DNA of 64,000 bases from Minisyncoccota bacterium (GCA_035438745.1 DAORIX010000002.1:1830-65829); one strand, 5' to 3'; shown: positions 27,174-38,310, numbered from the stretch's first letter. Notes: generated by a model not told the origin, from the sequence alone. Program-made: numbers and translations.

Positions 27174-30100
27174 TTATTTTATTCCAGTTATTCTCTTGAA
27201 ATTATTAACGAACGTCTCAACTTCCTTCTGTGAAATATTAAGGTAATTAGCTGCATTCTTGTTTGAAGGAGAGATGCCCCGAATCGCATTACCAGAACGA
27301 CCTACTGAATTGGCAACATCTTGCCCTATTTGCTCTAGCCCTCTGACCGTATTATATGAATTTGTTGAGTGTATAAGTCGTGCAGGTCCATATCCTTGCT
27401 CATTCATGTGATGAGTACGGTCTCTTTTTATTACATTTTTCTCGGGGATACTCTTACCACTTGTCCTTCCTGTATAAATTATATCGTCTTTCATTTTCGC
27501 ATATATTTCAAAACTTTTTTCAGCGACATTATCAACCTTATTTACAACCTTCGTAGTTCTCGCGACCACACCCACACCAGTTACTCCTGGTATTACCGCT
27601 CCAGCAACATCAAGGCTCAGATAGTTAAGTTCGGTGCGCACGTCTCCACCTGTAGCCATGGCTTCTCCAACTCTATACAAGTCATAGGCAATGAAACCAA
27701 TGTCAGCAATCGTATCAATTATTCTTCCGCTCGGATCTTTCAGTGTAACCGGATTATCACCCGCGTAAGCATATGAGTTCTGTAGTTGTGGGCTAGTAAG
27801 TACCCCCATACCATCATTAGTTAATCCAACTTCCCAAAACACCGGATCCTGTGAGAGGAATTGTCCACGAGCTCCCTCATAATATCGTGCATTCAGATAC
27901 GAGAGGTTATTTCCCTCATTCTCAAACTGCCCGATGAAACCACGATTTGAGTCTGTGCCATCTTCGACTCTCATAGATCCATACGGCATGTAATCCTTCT
28001 CTAGAATAACATCACCTGCCTCATTTGTTACAACATTTGTACTCTCTAAGTGGTCTGGGTGTACATAGTATGTTTTAGCTGTACCTGATGGGCTACCACT
28101 TACAATCGGTCTCTCTACATAGGCTATCAGAGTGTCTCCTGCCCAGATATATGAGGTTGAGGTGCCTGTTTGATATGTAGAGTCAGTATATTCGGCTGAG
28201 TAAAACTTATTTGGATAATGATGAACCTTGCTACCCACTGTTTCCGACATTCTGGCCATTGTGTGGTCGTATGTGTAGGCGGTAGTTGTACCTGTGGTTG
28301 TGGCTGATACGAGACGATTTAGGAAGTCCCAAGTATATGTAGTTGTGGCAGAACTAAAGATTGAAGAAGTAAGGTTACCATTGTTGTCATAGGTATACGT
28401 TGTTGATGCAGTTCCATCAAAATACTCGGAAGGAGCATGAGGATTGAGGTAACCTGAACCTGAATAGAGATAGAGAGACGAAGGTGCTGATTGGCTCACA
28501 GCAACATCAGTGGAGAATGTGGCACCGTTATTGTTCGTTAGATGATTTGCGTTTCCACTCGAATCTTGACCATTGCTATCGAGCTTCCACCAACCCTGAA
28601 GGCTGGAACCGTTTGAGAAATTATATGGATCACTGTAGAAGTTTCCGATTTCCGTTGATGTAAGCTTTCGAGACCATATACGAACATCATCCATGAGACC
28701 ATCGACATAGTATGTCGACACAGAATCAGTTTCCAACATCGCACCGATCGCTAATTTTCTAGCGCTATTATACAAACTTGTCACACTTCCTGTTTGCGTA
28801 CCCTGAGACACACCGTTAATCCATAGTTCGCCTACACTACCGGACCCTGTCCAAGTAAAGACTACATGCGTCCATGCACCTGTAGGAATAGTGCTCCCTA
28901 GTGTCCACGCGAGAGTTTCTTCATATGCGCCACTGCTCGATGGACGGAAGAACATCATGTGGGTACCACCAGCGTTGTACATATAGAGTTTATAAGACTC
29001 TTGGCTCGCATCTCCTTTGTGCACAAGGGTTTGTATCGTTCCGTTGTCAAAAGACTCAGGTTTTATCCATGCAGAAAAAGTGAGAACTGTACTCATGTCG
29101 AGACCTGTCTGAGAAGCATCTGCAATAGACCAAAACTGACTCGAACTTAATTCAAGGTCCGTTGAACGGAAGTTATCCTCTACTTGGTTTGAGAGAATTT
29201 TTTCTTTGAGATTTCCAATTTTGTTATATGAGTACAACTCTCTGAAAGAGACCGAGCTTGTGGCTGTTGTTGAAGCAGAGACAAGACGTGACAAGTCGTC
29301 GTACGCATAATTAACCTTGCGTGCTAGAGATGACGTTGCGGCCTCGATTATCGAAGTAATATTTCCAACAGAATCATAATAGTAGAGGATGTCTTGTAGT
29401 CGAGTGCCGTTTGCATTTGGGAAAGGATCCTCTATAGGGGGCAGTCCTGTATGCTCGATTACAAGTTTCGGATCCTCTGTCGTTCCCGTGGTATCAGCGA
29501 AAACAGTTTCAGCGTTGTATGATCTGTGATCACGCCAACCCGGACTGGTATTATCCAAATCAAGCCCGATACGAAGACCTAACCACGTATTACCAGATTT
29601 ATTTATATTTCCAAGTCCTGTTGAATTGAAGGGAAAATTATAATATTGTCTTGTTGAAATTGTGTTAATCGCTATCTCGGTATTTGACTGTCTGACACTA
29701 TCCCAGTTTGCAATATTATAATCATTATTCACAATAGCGTTTGAGCTTGCAGGACCATCGTGCTTATCAACCACAACTTTAAAGTCACCAGGATTTGTTC
29801 CTCCGCCCATTCCTGAATGCATAGTAACGCTTAATGTGGCAGATAAAATCATATCACTGTCGATGAGTGACGTGTTAAAACCAAATATGTTTCGTACTAA
29901 ATTTTGAAAATAGTAGTCAGCCACACGGATACCTACTTCACCCCCTGCACATGTATCACAAGAAATAACACCGTTTGAATCATGCGCCGAAGCCCAATCA
30001 CCAGAGCCATTCCAATACGCCATACCATCGACAGGTGATGCCTGACCTGCTGCTGAGTAAAAAGTACTCACTGTTTTTCCTTTTTTCCCTTTTATAATCC

Positions 30101-33100
30101 GCTCCGGACCGTGAATATTTTTCATCACAGAGAGATTATGTTCTATGACCTGCAATAGAGCCTCTCGAGGGTCTTCACGAAGGGTACGGACGTATTGTTT
30201 CTCCTCACCGGTAGATACATCTGTCTGCGTCCACTCTTGTCTAATGGTTCCACGCTCATCAGGCACAAGTATAGGAGGATTAAAGATGCGGAAACGCTCC
30301 ATGTCGACTGTACCATCAACACCAAACCCTATTCGTTTTCCTTTACTATCCCAAGCTCGAACAAAAACCTGAACACCACCCTCTATTGGCTCAACAGAAA
30401 CTATCTCAAATGTATAGTCCTTACGTTTCTCACGAACACCGCGAACAGCCTTTGCAATCTCCTCACCTTTAATGTTCGCACGTTTATAAGAACCCTTACC
30501 TTCAAGCAAAGCTCGGATCGAACCAGGCTCTGCAGGTGTAACGGAAAGTATTTTTTCAACAACTTTTGACTCAGTTCTCAAACGTGCTTCCGATGTACTA
30601 GCTGTGGTACTTGCTACCACAGGAACTATAAGAGGTTCAATTGGGACAATTGTTTTGTCATCAGAAACGACTTCATCTTGCGTCTCTACATCTGTTTCAA
30701 GTTCAGGTGGAGCGTCTTTAGGAATAAGCGCTTCCTCTGGAGTGACAGGCTCAGAAATCTCATTTGGAGAACTTTCATCAGAAGTTTTCTCTGTTTCTTG
30801 TGTAGAAACTTCGTCAGCAGAAACAGCGGGCTCGACTTGTGATGATTCAGGTGTTGGATTTGAAACATCTTCATTCGAAGGATTTTCTATCTCCTGAGCA
30901 TATACACTAGGAGCAAATAAAACTTGAGTAATTTCCTTGAGGCGTGATAATGCAAAATGAGACTTACTAGACGATTCACTTAGAGTCAAACCGCTTGTAT
31001 AAGTTGTGAGAATATTCACGAGGCGATACAGCGCATTAGAGTCATACGCATAATGTGTCTCGATACCATTAGCAAACTTTTTTGCCGCAAGTTTACCGTG
31101 TGGACCATAGTTAAGATCGGTGACGATCGGATTTCCTGCATGAGCAACAGAGTCGATTGTTCCAGCATTGTTATAGTTATAACCCTGAGTGACCCCGTTC
31201 GGAAGCGTAACCGTAAGCGGAGAGCCACGTCTATCGTAGGTATAACTCGTCGTATAAGTCTTATTCCCAATCTTTTTAGCTTCGCTATCAACATTACCTA
31301 AAATATCATAATCAAAAGTAGTCTGTGCAGAGGTACTCGACGCAACACAAAGACGACCGACTCCGTTGTCGCAACTATCATAGGTATATGTGTGCTCTGT
31401 GCCACTAGCTCCAGTATAATTTTCTGTGAGTTTGCGATTCAATGCGTCATAAGAATTTACTATGTTCTGAGCCTTAGGATCAGTACTAGATGCCAAATTT
31501 CCAAAAAGGTCATATGCATAGTTCCAAACCCCATAAGTGGAATCTCCTGATGCGTGTAGGTCTTGGGCGGTCGTGCGACGAGAAAGTCCATCATATGAGA
31601 ATGAACGAGTGTTACCAAGCGAATCGGTCATTCCCACTAAATTGTTGAGCGCATCGTGGGTATAACTCGTCGTATAGGTTTCTTCATCATTGTACTCAAC
31701 AACCGATGAAACATTACCGTAGGCATCTTTCTGTATGTCTTTTGGAACACCATTAGCGTCAGTTACCTTAACCTGCCAAGGGGTATACGCATACGTGGTG
31801 GTTCCAATAGATGTGGCAATCGATACAGGACGCTGCAAGGCATCATATGTGTAATTGGTATAAAGTGAAGATACATGAGTAGGAGAAGTACGCGCTGAAG
31901 TAGATGCAAAATACGGAAGGGACTCCTTCGCAAGTAAACCTGCACTACCGTAAACATAACTTTTAACTGAGTATCGATTGGTCATTTCTGCCTGAGAACG
32001 CTCCTGAATGACACGACCAAGACCATCACGATAAGTGTATACGTCTGTCGTGCTCGCGCTCGTTAAATATGTGCGAGTACGAGTGCTAGCTGGAAATGTA
32101 TCCGTATAAACATAATCTCGTAACACCTCAGTCAGAAGAGGGAATGAAGGATTAGTTTGGCGTTCCTCTTGTACTCGTCCAAGCGGTTCAAATACTGTTC
32201 TACGAACGGTACCGTTTTCATCTTCAACCCTTATTGGCTTGCCCACCATATAGTCATATTCATAATCAGTACCTTGGCTCAAAGCATTCGTAACAGTTTC
32301 TGGGTACAAATTAAATGAGTCATATGAATACGTCGTCGTATTGCTTCGGGGATCAGTCTCCGATGTGACTAATCCATATGAGTTATATGCTTTCGTCGTG
32401 CTTGAATAGTCACTTCCACTGATCCATTTTTCTTCTTTCGTTAAGTTGCCCTTGACCGCAGTACCAAGGGACTGAGTGTCGTAATACAAACGAGTAAGTG
32501 CAACAGATGTTCCTGAGTTGTCTTTGACCTCTTTCGTTGTAGGAAGAGTAAGATTTTTGCTTGTAGTTGCACTATAAGTAATAATCGTGGTACGTGTATC
32601 AGAACCAGTATTGCTATACGTTCCGTCAGACGATCCAGTCACTTCTCCCCTCTCAATTGACTGGAGAAGGTTGCCGGTTGTTGTTGAATAGGAGTATTCC
32701 GTCGCACGATCTTTGTGAGTTGATCCGCCTTCAAAATCCTGGACCGAGTCCGATGCAAGTCGTGTAAACCAATATGCGGGTGTAGGAGAAGATATAGTAC
32801 GACTTGGATTGAGCGCAATCACATTCTTGAGCATAGTTCCAGAGTTAGTACTCGAATATATGACGCTCTTCGCTCCAACGGCTCCGAGTCCCCCTCCGCT
32901 ATCCCAAGATTCTGTGTCTGAAGTCTGGATAAAAGCACCTGAGTTTACAGAATGGCTTCCTGCGGTTGATCCAAACACACCGACAAGCCATGCATTTGGA
33001 GTGTCGGTTGTGACTGTTGCTGTAACCGAAGTGCCTGAAATTCCACCCTCTGCATCGTACCAACCAAATGGATTTTCGGTATCAACACCTGAATACGAAA

Positions 33101-35873
33101 TTGCATGTGCTCCAAACCAGCCGTCTAACCCTCCTCGTGTCATCGTGAGGGTGTGAGTTCCCGTTGGAGGATTAAGTAAATACCACAAATTAACGTTTCG
33201 ATTGCTAGCCGCAGAAGCGCCAGCTCCAACCGGTGTCAGTGCAATACCATTATAAGTAACACCACTAACAAAGAGTCCGCCCTGAGAATCACCAATAACA
33301 AGGAGCATATTATCACTGCTACCTACCGTAAAACTATATGAATGAGACGAACCAGAAGCTACATTTGAAAACTGCGACGAGCCTCGAGCGATGTCAGTTG
33401 TACTGGTACTCGTCGTTGCACTTGTTATGTATTGGTCACTTGAATAAACATAGAATGATTTTTTGAGCGTTGTTGAGGCCATGCTCACAACATCTTCACG
33501 ATATTTTTTTCCAATGAGTGCAAATCCGTCAAGAAGCTCTCCTACGCTTGTCGAGGCCGTGTTGCCTTGATGGTAATAACTCTGTGTTGATCCGAGGCCA
33601 TCAAATCGATTGATTTTTGCAAACCCAGCAAATCGTCTATCTCTAGTGTTTGAAGGATTCAAATAAATTCTGCCACCCTCATACGTGTATGAGTAAGATT
33701 GTGAACCGCCAAAACCATCATTGTCTGTTAATTTTGTGACAACTAAAATTGAAAAAGGTAAGTCGGGATTCTGACTAGCCATTTGAGCCGAAAACTGATA
33801 TTCAATTTGAGTATTTCCTCCCGTACTTAAGCGACGGAATGTGAGCATGTCAGCCTTAGCTGTGCCACCCGAAGATACTGTGCTTTTTGTACTAGCGCTG
33901 TCGGGGATACCGTCTCCATTCCAATCAACGAGCTCGTTGTAATCTACACGTCCTGTCCATTGGCCTCCCGAAACCACCCCATTAAAGATATACTCTGGTA
34001 CCGTGAGAGATGATGTTGCGAATCCACCGCCCGTGTTTAGGTATACGTAATTGTAGCTTCCTGTTTGAATGTCTGTCACACCACTTGCCTTGGTTGAATA
34101 GGACGGCATATTGTATGACCTAATGTAGTCGAGGAGACCGTCACCATTCATATCTATGAATCGAATGCCTTTGTCCCAACCACCTGTCTGACGCACACCT
34201 GTGTTAATGGTCCATCTCGTATCAACAGAACCCCAACTAGATCCATTGTTAAGATAGAATTTGGTTGAACTTGCATCTGAGTACATCCAGTCGTCGAGGC
34301 CGTCTCCGTTAACGTCCACGAGTTGTGACATTGAAACGTCGGTTGCTGTGGTCGGCATTGCCGCAATAGGCGCAAAAGAACTTTTCACTCGCCAACCGTT
34401 CTCCAAACCACTATTGAGATAACTTCCATTAGCGGCACAGATTGTCGTTGTCGCCACATAATCAACAAGCCAGTCGCCGTTAAGATTTCCAAATAATCCC
34501 GTTGCAACACTCTCAGAACCATTCGCGCAACTAAAGAGTGGTAAACGAGATGGGGTTGCAGTGCTTGTCCAAGTGAAAGGAGCGGTGTTCTCGTAGTATC
34601 CTCGAGTAATAACACCACTTGAGTCACGATAGCTTCGTGCAATGTCTGCCTTACCATCCCCATTGAAATCAACGAGGCGGACACCGCGTTCTACGTATGG
34701 AAAATCATTTGATCCTCCGAGCCCAGAGTTGTCGTAGCTCCAAAATTCAGAAGAGACCGCCTGATTATATTGGGGAAAGTTGGGAAATTCATTCTCGTCT
34801 ACGATTCTGTGTGCGCTCGATGTTCCACTATTGCTCCAGAAGACTGCCTTATCAGGCAAACCATTACCATCCACATCGGCAACCATACGAGCACTGTTCC
34901 AAATCCGAGGATTGGTTGATGATGCGTATGTCGGTGTTGAAGTAGAGTATCCAAACGTAACAGCAGGCAAAGCGGCAGTATTACCGTCACTATCCCTTCC
35001 AGTTTCAATGGCTGAAATAAGAAGAGAGCGTGAACCATTGCTTCCACTTAAATAACCAAGAGTATACTTTCTTCTCCATTCATCATTTATGGATGCTTTT
35101 ACTTCTGTAAGACGCTTTGTTGTATTTACCCAAAATCCCGTTTCGTATGAAGTATAAACATCTGGACGTGTTTCGTAAGTGAAATCAACTTCAAATGGAC
35201 CGTCCGTTGTTCCGTTTCCGGTGTACGTAATTTTGGATGGGTAAATCTGATTACCGTCCTTTGTATATTCGAATTTTATGAAGTTGTCATTAGTATCTCG
35301 CACCTCCTCAAGCATCCAGCGATAAACATTATCAGGACTTGTCGTTGCCGACTGCCTAGACGCAGTGGTTGTACCGAAAGAGTATCGTGTGCCGCTTTTA
35401 TCAAATACGGTCCAAACGTTGTTTTGAAGACGGTAGGTAATAAAATTGCCATCCTCAAAGCGATGGCGATATCCTCCATTATTGTCCGATGGAACAAGTT
35501 CACCACCAAGAGATGAGGTAAAGTAGTTATCAATGTAGAGACGATCGGTTCCTATCTGATTCATGCGTGTGATAGACGGAATCGATAACTTCCAACCATA
35601 ACCATAAGGACTCTCACTTAAATCTTGACTGTTGTATGTAAGAGCAAGGTCTGGAGTAAGTCCCTTTCTTCCAGGTGGAACCTTAAACGAAATACTATCT
35701 GTGTATGCACCTTGATTTAAATCGACTCTCACTCTTCCAACACTAGCGCTAACAATATCTTCTCGCTCTTTTGCGTCCACAAGAGAGGGAGGAATAAGAC
35801 TGAGAACAAGATTACACAACACAAAAAGAACGATCGCTCGTCCACATCTGCGCAACGCTACAGTTGAGTACAT
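27174..35873 (-). CDS. Secreted SpvB/FG-GAP/Rhs (TcB-TcC-like) polymorphic toxin with LamG insert and C-terminal putative nuclease toxin
   Basis: Signal peptide; VPPGR.GL.P.L.L.Y.S (SpvB-like); D.NGDG..D repeats; YD repeats; Rhs core YLNARYY...FLSQDP...Y.YA..NP....DPSG; variable C-terminus. Confidence 0.9.
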   Translation of the reverse strand: MYSTVALRRCGRAIVLFVLCNLVLSLIPPSLVDAKEREDIVSASVGRVRVDLNQGAYTDSISFKVPPGRKGLTPDLALTYNSQDLSESPYGYGWKLSIPSITRMNQIGTDRLYIDNYFTSSLGGELVPSDNNGGYRHRFEDGNFITYRLQNNVWTVFDKSGTRYSFGTTTASRQSATTSPDNVYRWMLEEVRDTNDNFIKFEYTKDGNQIYPSKITYTGNGTTDGPFEVDFTYETRPDVYTSYETGFWVNTTKRLTEVKASINDEWRRKYTLGYLSGSNGSRSLLISAIETGRDSDGNTAALPAVTFGYSTSTPTYASSTNPRIWNSARMVADVDGNGLPDKAVFWSNSGTSSAHRIVDENEFPNFPQYNQAVSSEFWSYDNSGLGGSNDFPYVERGVRLVDFNGDGKADIARSYRDSSGVITRGYYENTAPFTWTSTATPSRLPLFSCANGSESVATGLFGNLNGDWLVDYVATTTICAANGSYLNSGLENGWRVKSSFAPIAAMPTTATDVSMSQLVDVNGDGLDDWMYSDASSTKFYLNNGSSWGSVDTRWTINTGVRQTGGWDKGIRFIDMNGDGLLDYIRSYNMPSYSTKASGVTDIQTGSYNYVYLNTGGGFATSSLTVPEYIFNGVVSGGQWTGRVDYNELVDWNGDGIPDSASTKSTVSSGGTAKADMLTFRRLSTGGNTQIEYQFSAQMASQNPDLPFSILVVTKLTDNDGFGGSQSYSYTYEGGRIYLNPSNTRDRRFAGFAKINRFDGLGSTQSYYHQGNTASTSVGELLDGFALIGKKYREDVVSMASTTLKKSFYVYSSDQYITSATTSTSTTDIARGSSQFSNVASGSSHSYSFTVGSSDNMLLVIGDSQGGLFVSGVTYNGIALTPVGAGASAASNRNVNLWYLLNPPTGTHTLTMTRGGLDGWFGAHAISYSGVDTENPFGWYDAEGGISGTSVTATVTTDTPNAWLVGVFGSTAGSHSVNSGAFIQTSDTESWDSGGGLGAVGAKSVIYSSTNSGTMLKNVIALNPSRTISSPTPAYWFTRLASDSVQDFEGGSTHKDRATEYSYSTTTGNLLQSIERGEVTGSSDGTYSNTGSDTRTTIITYSATTSKNLTLPTTKEVKDNSGTSVALTRLYYDTQSLGTAVKGNLTKEEKWISGSDYSSTTKAYNSYGLVTSETDPRSNTTTYSYDSFNLYPETVTNALSQGTDYEYDYMVGKPIRVEDENGTVRRTVFEPLGRVQEERQTNPSFPLLTEVLRDYVYTDTFPASTRTRTYLTSASTTDVYTYRDGLGRVIQERSQAEMTNRYSVKSYVYGSAGLLAKESLPYFASTSARTSPTHVSSLYTNYTYDALQRPVSIATSIGTTTYAYTPWQVKVTDANGVPKDIQKDAYGNVSSVVEYNDEETYTTSYTHDALNNLVGMTDSLGNTRSFSYDGLSRRTTAQDLHASGDSTYGVWNYAYDLFGNLASSTDPKAQNIVNSYDALNRKLTENYTGASGTEHTYTYDSCDNGVGRLCVASSTSAQTTFDYDILGNVDSEAKKIGNKTYTTSYTYDRRGSPLTVTLPNGVTQGYNYNNAGTIDSVAHAGNPIVTDLNYGPHGKLAAKKFANGIETHYAYDSNALYRLVNILTTYTSGLTLSESSSKSHFALSRLKEITQVLFAPSVYAQEIENPSNEDVSNPTPESSQVEPAVSADEVSTQETEKTSDESSPNEISEPVTPEEALIPKDAPPELETDVETQDEVVSDDKTIVPIEPLIVPVVASTTASTSEARLRTESKVVEKILSVTPAEPGSIRALLEGKGSYKRANIKGEEIAKAVRGVREKRKDYTFEIVSVEPIEGGVQVFVRAWDSKGKRIGFGVDGTVDMERFRIFNPPILVPDERGTIRQEWTQTDVSTGEEKQYVRTLREDPREALLQVIEHNLSVMKNIHGPERIIKGKKGKTVSTFYSAAGQASPVDGMAYWNGSGDWASAHDSNGVISCDTCAGGEVGIRVADYYFQNLVRNIFGFNTSLIDSDMILSATLSVTMHSGMGGGTNPGDFKVVVDKHDGPASSNAIVNNDYNIANWDSVRQSNTEIAINTISTRQYYNFPFNSTGLGNINKSGNTWLGLRIGLDLDNTSPGWRDHRSYNAETVFADTTGTTEDPKLVIEHTGLPPIEDPFPNANGTRLQDILYYYDSVGNITSIIEAATSSLARKVNYAYDDLSRLVSASTTATSSVSFRELYSYNKIGNLKEKILSNQVEDNFRSTDLELSSSQFWSIADASQTGLDMSTVLTFSAWIKPESFDNGTIQTLVHKGDASQESYKLYMYNAGGTHMMFFRPSSSGAYEETLAWTLGSTIPTGAWTHVVFTWTGSGSVGELWINGVSQGTQTGSVTSLYNSARKLAIGAMLETDSVSTYYVDGLMDDVRIWSRKLTSTEIGNFYSDPYNFSNGSSLQGWWKLDSNGQDSSGNANHLTNNNGATFSTDVAVSQSAPSSLYLYSGSGYLNPHAPSEYFDGTASTTYTYDNNGNLTSSIFSSATTTYTWDFLNRLVSATTTGTTTAYTYDHTMARMSETVGSKVHHYPNKFYSAEYTDSTYQTGTSTSYIWAGDTLIAYVERPIVSGSPSGTAKTYYVHPDHLESTNVVTNEAGDVILEKDYMPYGSMRVEDGTDSNRGFIGQFENEGNNLSYLNARYYEGARGQFLSQDPVFWEVGLTNDGMGVLTSPQLQNSYAYAGDNPVTLKDPSGRIIDTIADIGFIAYDLYRVGEAMATGGDVRTELNYLSLDVAGAVIPGVTGVGVVARTTKVVNKVDNVAEKSFEIYAKMKDDIIYTGRTSGKSIPEKNVIKRDRTHHMNEQGYGPARLIHSTNSYNTVRGLEQIGQDVANSVGRSGNAIRGISPSNKNAANYLNISQKEVETFVNNFKRITGIK

Positions 35874-36011
35874 AAAAAATAGAGATTAAAAAATATAAAC
35901 TCAATTCACCCTACGTTCAACACTAAAACTATACCACTTGAGCTTATAAGAAGCATAAGGGTTTATCCACCTCATATACTTTCATCATTTAACGAAGCCC
36001 AGTTTGGTTAT

Positions 36012-36401
36012 TTAAAGTGCGGTATAAAAGCCTGAAGGAGTAGATACGTAGCTTGGTATCTGGAAGCGTACTTTATCTAAGGTATATCTCACCCTGTTGA
36101 ACCGAATAATCTCACCAGAAGTTTCCGCCACACAATAATCATCCAGCGTAAAATTTTGATAAATCACGTTAAGGTTTTCAGACGTTGCTATTGAATGTCC
36201 GGAATTTGCATTAGGAATACGAGTATTATTTTCAGACACAAATGCAAGAAAAATGGTTGTTCGTGCTTGTAAAACAAGTTCTGATTCGTTTGGGGTAAGA
36301 GGCTGGAAGTTATTATTTGAAAATTGCACAACTCCAATACCATGAACATTTCCATGATGAGTAACTTGTGTGGCAAAAATCCTCTCGATCTTTTTTCTCA
36401 A
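36012..36401 (-). CDS. Hypothetical protein (possibly a fragment)
   Basis: 129-aa ORF with TTG start only; no recognisable motif. Confidence 0.35.
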   Translation of the reverse strand: MRKKIERIFATQVTHHGNVHGIGVVQFSNNNFQPLTPNESELVLQARTTIFLAFVSENNTRIPNANSGHSIATSENLNVIYQNFTLDDYCVAETSGEIIRFNRVRYTLDKVRFQIPSYVSTPSGFYTAL

Positions 36402-36490
36402 AATTGGGTCTTTTATGTGAACATCTTCACACGTATCCCCTAACTACATAATCAGATGAATAAATACTAGCATTTGTTACACTACTAGAC

Positions 36491-37252
36491 ATGCTTGCTT
36501 TCATAGATGAGACTGGGGACCATAATTTAAACATGAAGACTGTTGATAATAACTACAATATTTTTGTATTGTCTCTGGTTCTCATTAGAAAAAAGGACTA
36601 TAAGAAGATAGACATGGGGTTTAAAAAGATAAAAAAAGATATATTTGGAGACGAGAACTTTATAATCCACACATGGGAATTAACACATCCAACGCACAGG
36701 AAATCAGACAAACGTAATGGAATAATGCGTGTCCATGAAAAAAGAGAAGAATTTTATAAAAAAATGAATGACTTTATCGAGTCGTCGTTAATAAAGACGT
36801 GCTTCACGGTAGTTAGAAAACTACATTTTGCTGGTAAATATGTATTTCCGTCGGATCCATATGAATTATCTTTTGAAAATCACCTAAACAGAATTTTACA
36901 CTACTCTAGTGGTGATGATATAAGTATTTATGCGGAATCTAGAGATGATGCTTTGGATAAGAGTCTTTTAGCAGAATATACTAAATATTCAATTAAAGGG
37001 GTATGTTTCCACGACTCAGAAAAAATGAAGAGAATAAAGGAATTCAATATAAAAAGCAAAAAAGAAAATATCACAGGACTTCAGATAGCAGATTTACTAG
37101 CAAGTCCAGTAGCAAGACATTTTTTAAATATTAAACCTAGACCAATAGGAAACGAAATACCTTATTCATTAGTAAGAAAAAAACTAGCAGGAAATATAAA
37201 GTTATCCATAACAATTATTCCAGATGATGCAGAGATTAACCTATTGAAATGA
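36491..37252 (+). CDS. DUF3800 domain protein (RNase H-like fold)
   Basis: N-terminal FIDETG, central E, C-terminal GLQIAD. Confidence 0.85.
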   Translation: MLAFIDETGDHNLNMKTVDNNYNIFVLSLVLIRKKDYKKIDMGFKKIKKDIFGDENFIIHTWELTHPTHRKSDKRNGIMRVHEKREEFYKKMNDFIESSLIKTCFTVVRKLHFAGKYVFPSDPYELSFENHLNRILHYSSGDDISIYAESRDDALDKSLLAEYTKYSIKGVCFHDSEKMKRIKEFNIKSKKENITGLQIADLLASPVARHFLNIKPRPIGNEIPYSLVRKKLAGNIKLSITIIPDDAEINLLK

Positions 37253-37285
37253 GAAGAGCGCCCCACAAAGGCGGTGCGCTCTTCT
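37252..37285. other. GC-rich hairpin directly after DUF3800 stop (terminator or DUF3800-associated RNA)
   Basis: agaagagcgc...gcgctcttct 10-bp stem, no U-tract on + strand. Confidence 0.45.
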
Positions 37286-37605
37286 ACTACATAAATGGTA
37301 TCATAAGGTATCTAATCCAGATAACTAGTTATCCCCTTAAAATATGGCTACAAACGAAGACAAATTTCTCTCTACTTTACTAGGTGCTTTATTGCCTGTT
37401 TCAAGATAGATACAAAAGTTTTCTTATTCATTCGCTTTACTTTAATTACTTTAGTATAACTATACCAGTATTAATAAAAACTCTTCTAAAACTGCCTACA
37501 GCGGTTTTTATTTTTCCTCTAATTATACTCATGAAGGGAGACGTGTGTATGTGCAGTCCCTAACAAAAAATATTTTTGTTAATCTTTTATTGAAATCATA
37601 TACAC

Positions 37606-38271
37606 TTACATCTGAATGAGCTCTAACTGTAACTTTGCTTTTAAAACCTCAAACTCTGCAATCTTTTTATCTAAAAGAACTTGAGGGGGTCTGATTGTAG
37701 GTGATTTCTGCCAATTTTCATTACAAGAAGATGGATTACTAGTGCATATTTCTTTATCGTAATCGCCCGCACGGACCCTACTGATTTCAAGATCCATGCT
37801 CGCAATTGCGGCAAGCGTTGCCTTTTTCTGCGCCTCAGCTTGGGTTAAAGACGCCTCCAACTGTTTGATCCTTGCCTGTAGCTTTTCTAAATCAATAAGA
37901 CATTGATTTGGTGTTCCTTGGAGTTCTTTAATCTTTAATTTAAGAGAGTTATTTTCATCAATTACTGATTGGTCCGGCTTAATTACAATCTTTTCAACAA
38001 TCCGGTCCACTGGCACTGTAACTGTTTTGATTACCGCCCTTTCGATAACCGTTGATTCCGGTACTATCACAGAAGATGAAGTAGCGGTTGTTTCAGGAAC
38101 TTCATTATGTTCATTAACACTTCTCTTAAGATCACCTGCATCAACCCTAAGCTCTGGAATATTTTTTATTTCGTTTTGCACAAACCAAGTACGTGGATTC
38201 CACCATTCTGCATGAACAATAGACGGAAGGAGAATCGCCCCCAGAGATAGCACTATTATTTTATTTTTCAT
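37606..38271 (-). CDS. Secreted coiled-coil protein
   Basis: Signal peptide ending ..VHA-EWWNP.TW, Thr/Ser linker, heptad-rich C-half. Confidence 0.75.
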   Translation of the reverse strand: MKNKIIVLSLGAILLPSIVHAEWWNPRTWFVQNEIKNIPELRVDAGDLKRSVNEHNEVPETTATSSSVIVPESTVIERAVIKTVTVPVDRIVEKIVIKPDQSVIDENNSLKLKIKELQGTPNQCLIDLEKLQARIKQLEASLTQAEAQKKATLAAIASMDLEISRVRAGDYDKEICTSNPSSCNENWQKSPTIRPPQVLLDKKIAEFEVLKAKLQLELIQM

Positions 38272-38310
38272 AGTAAAAGTTTTAATAAACCTTACCTGTG
38301 TATTGCATAC

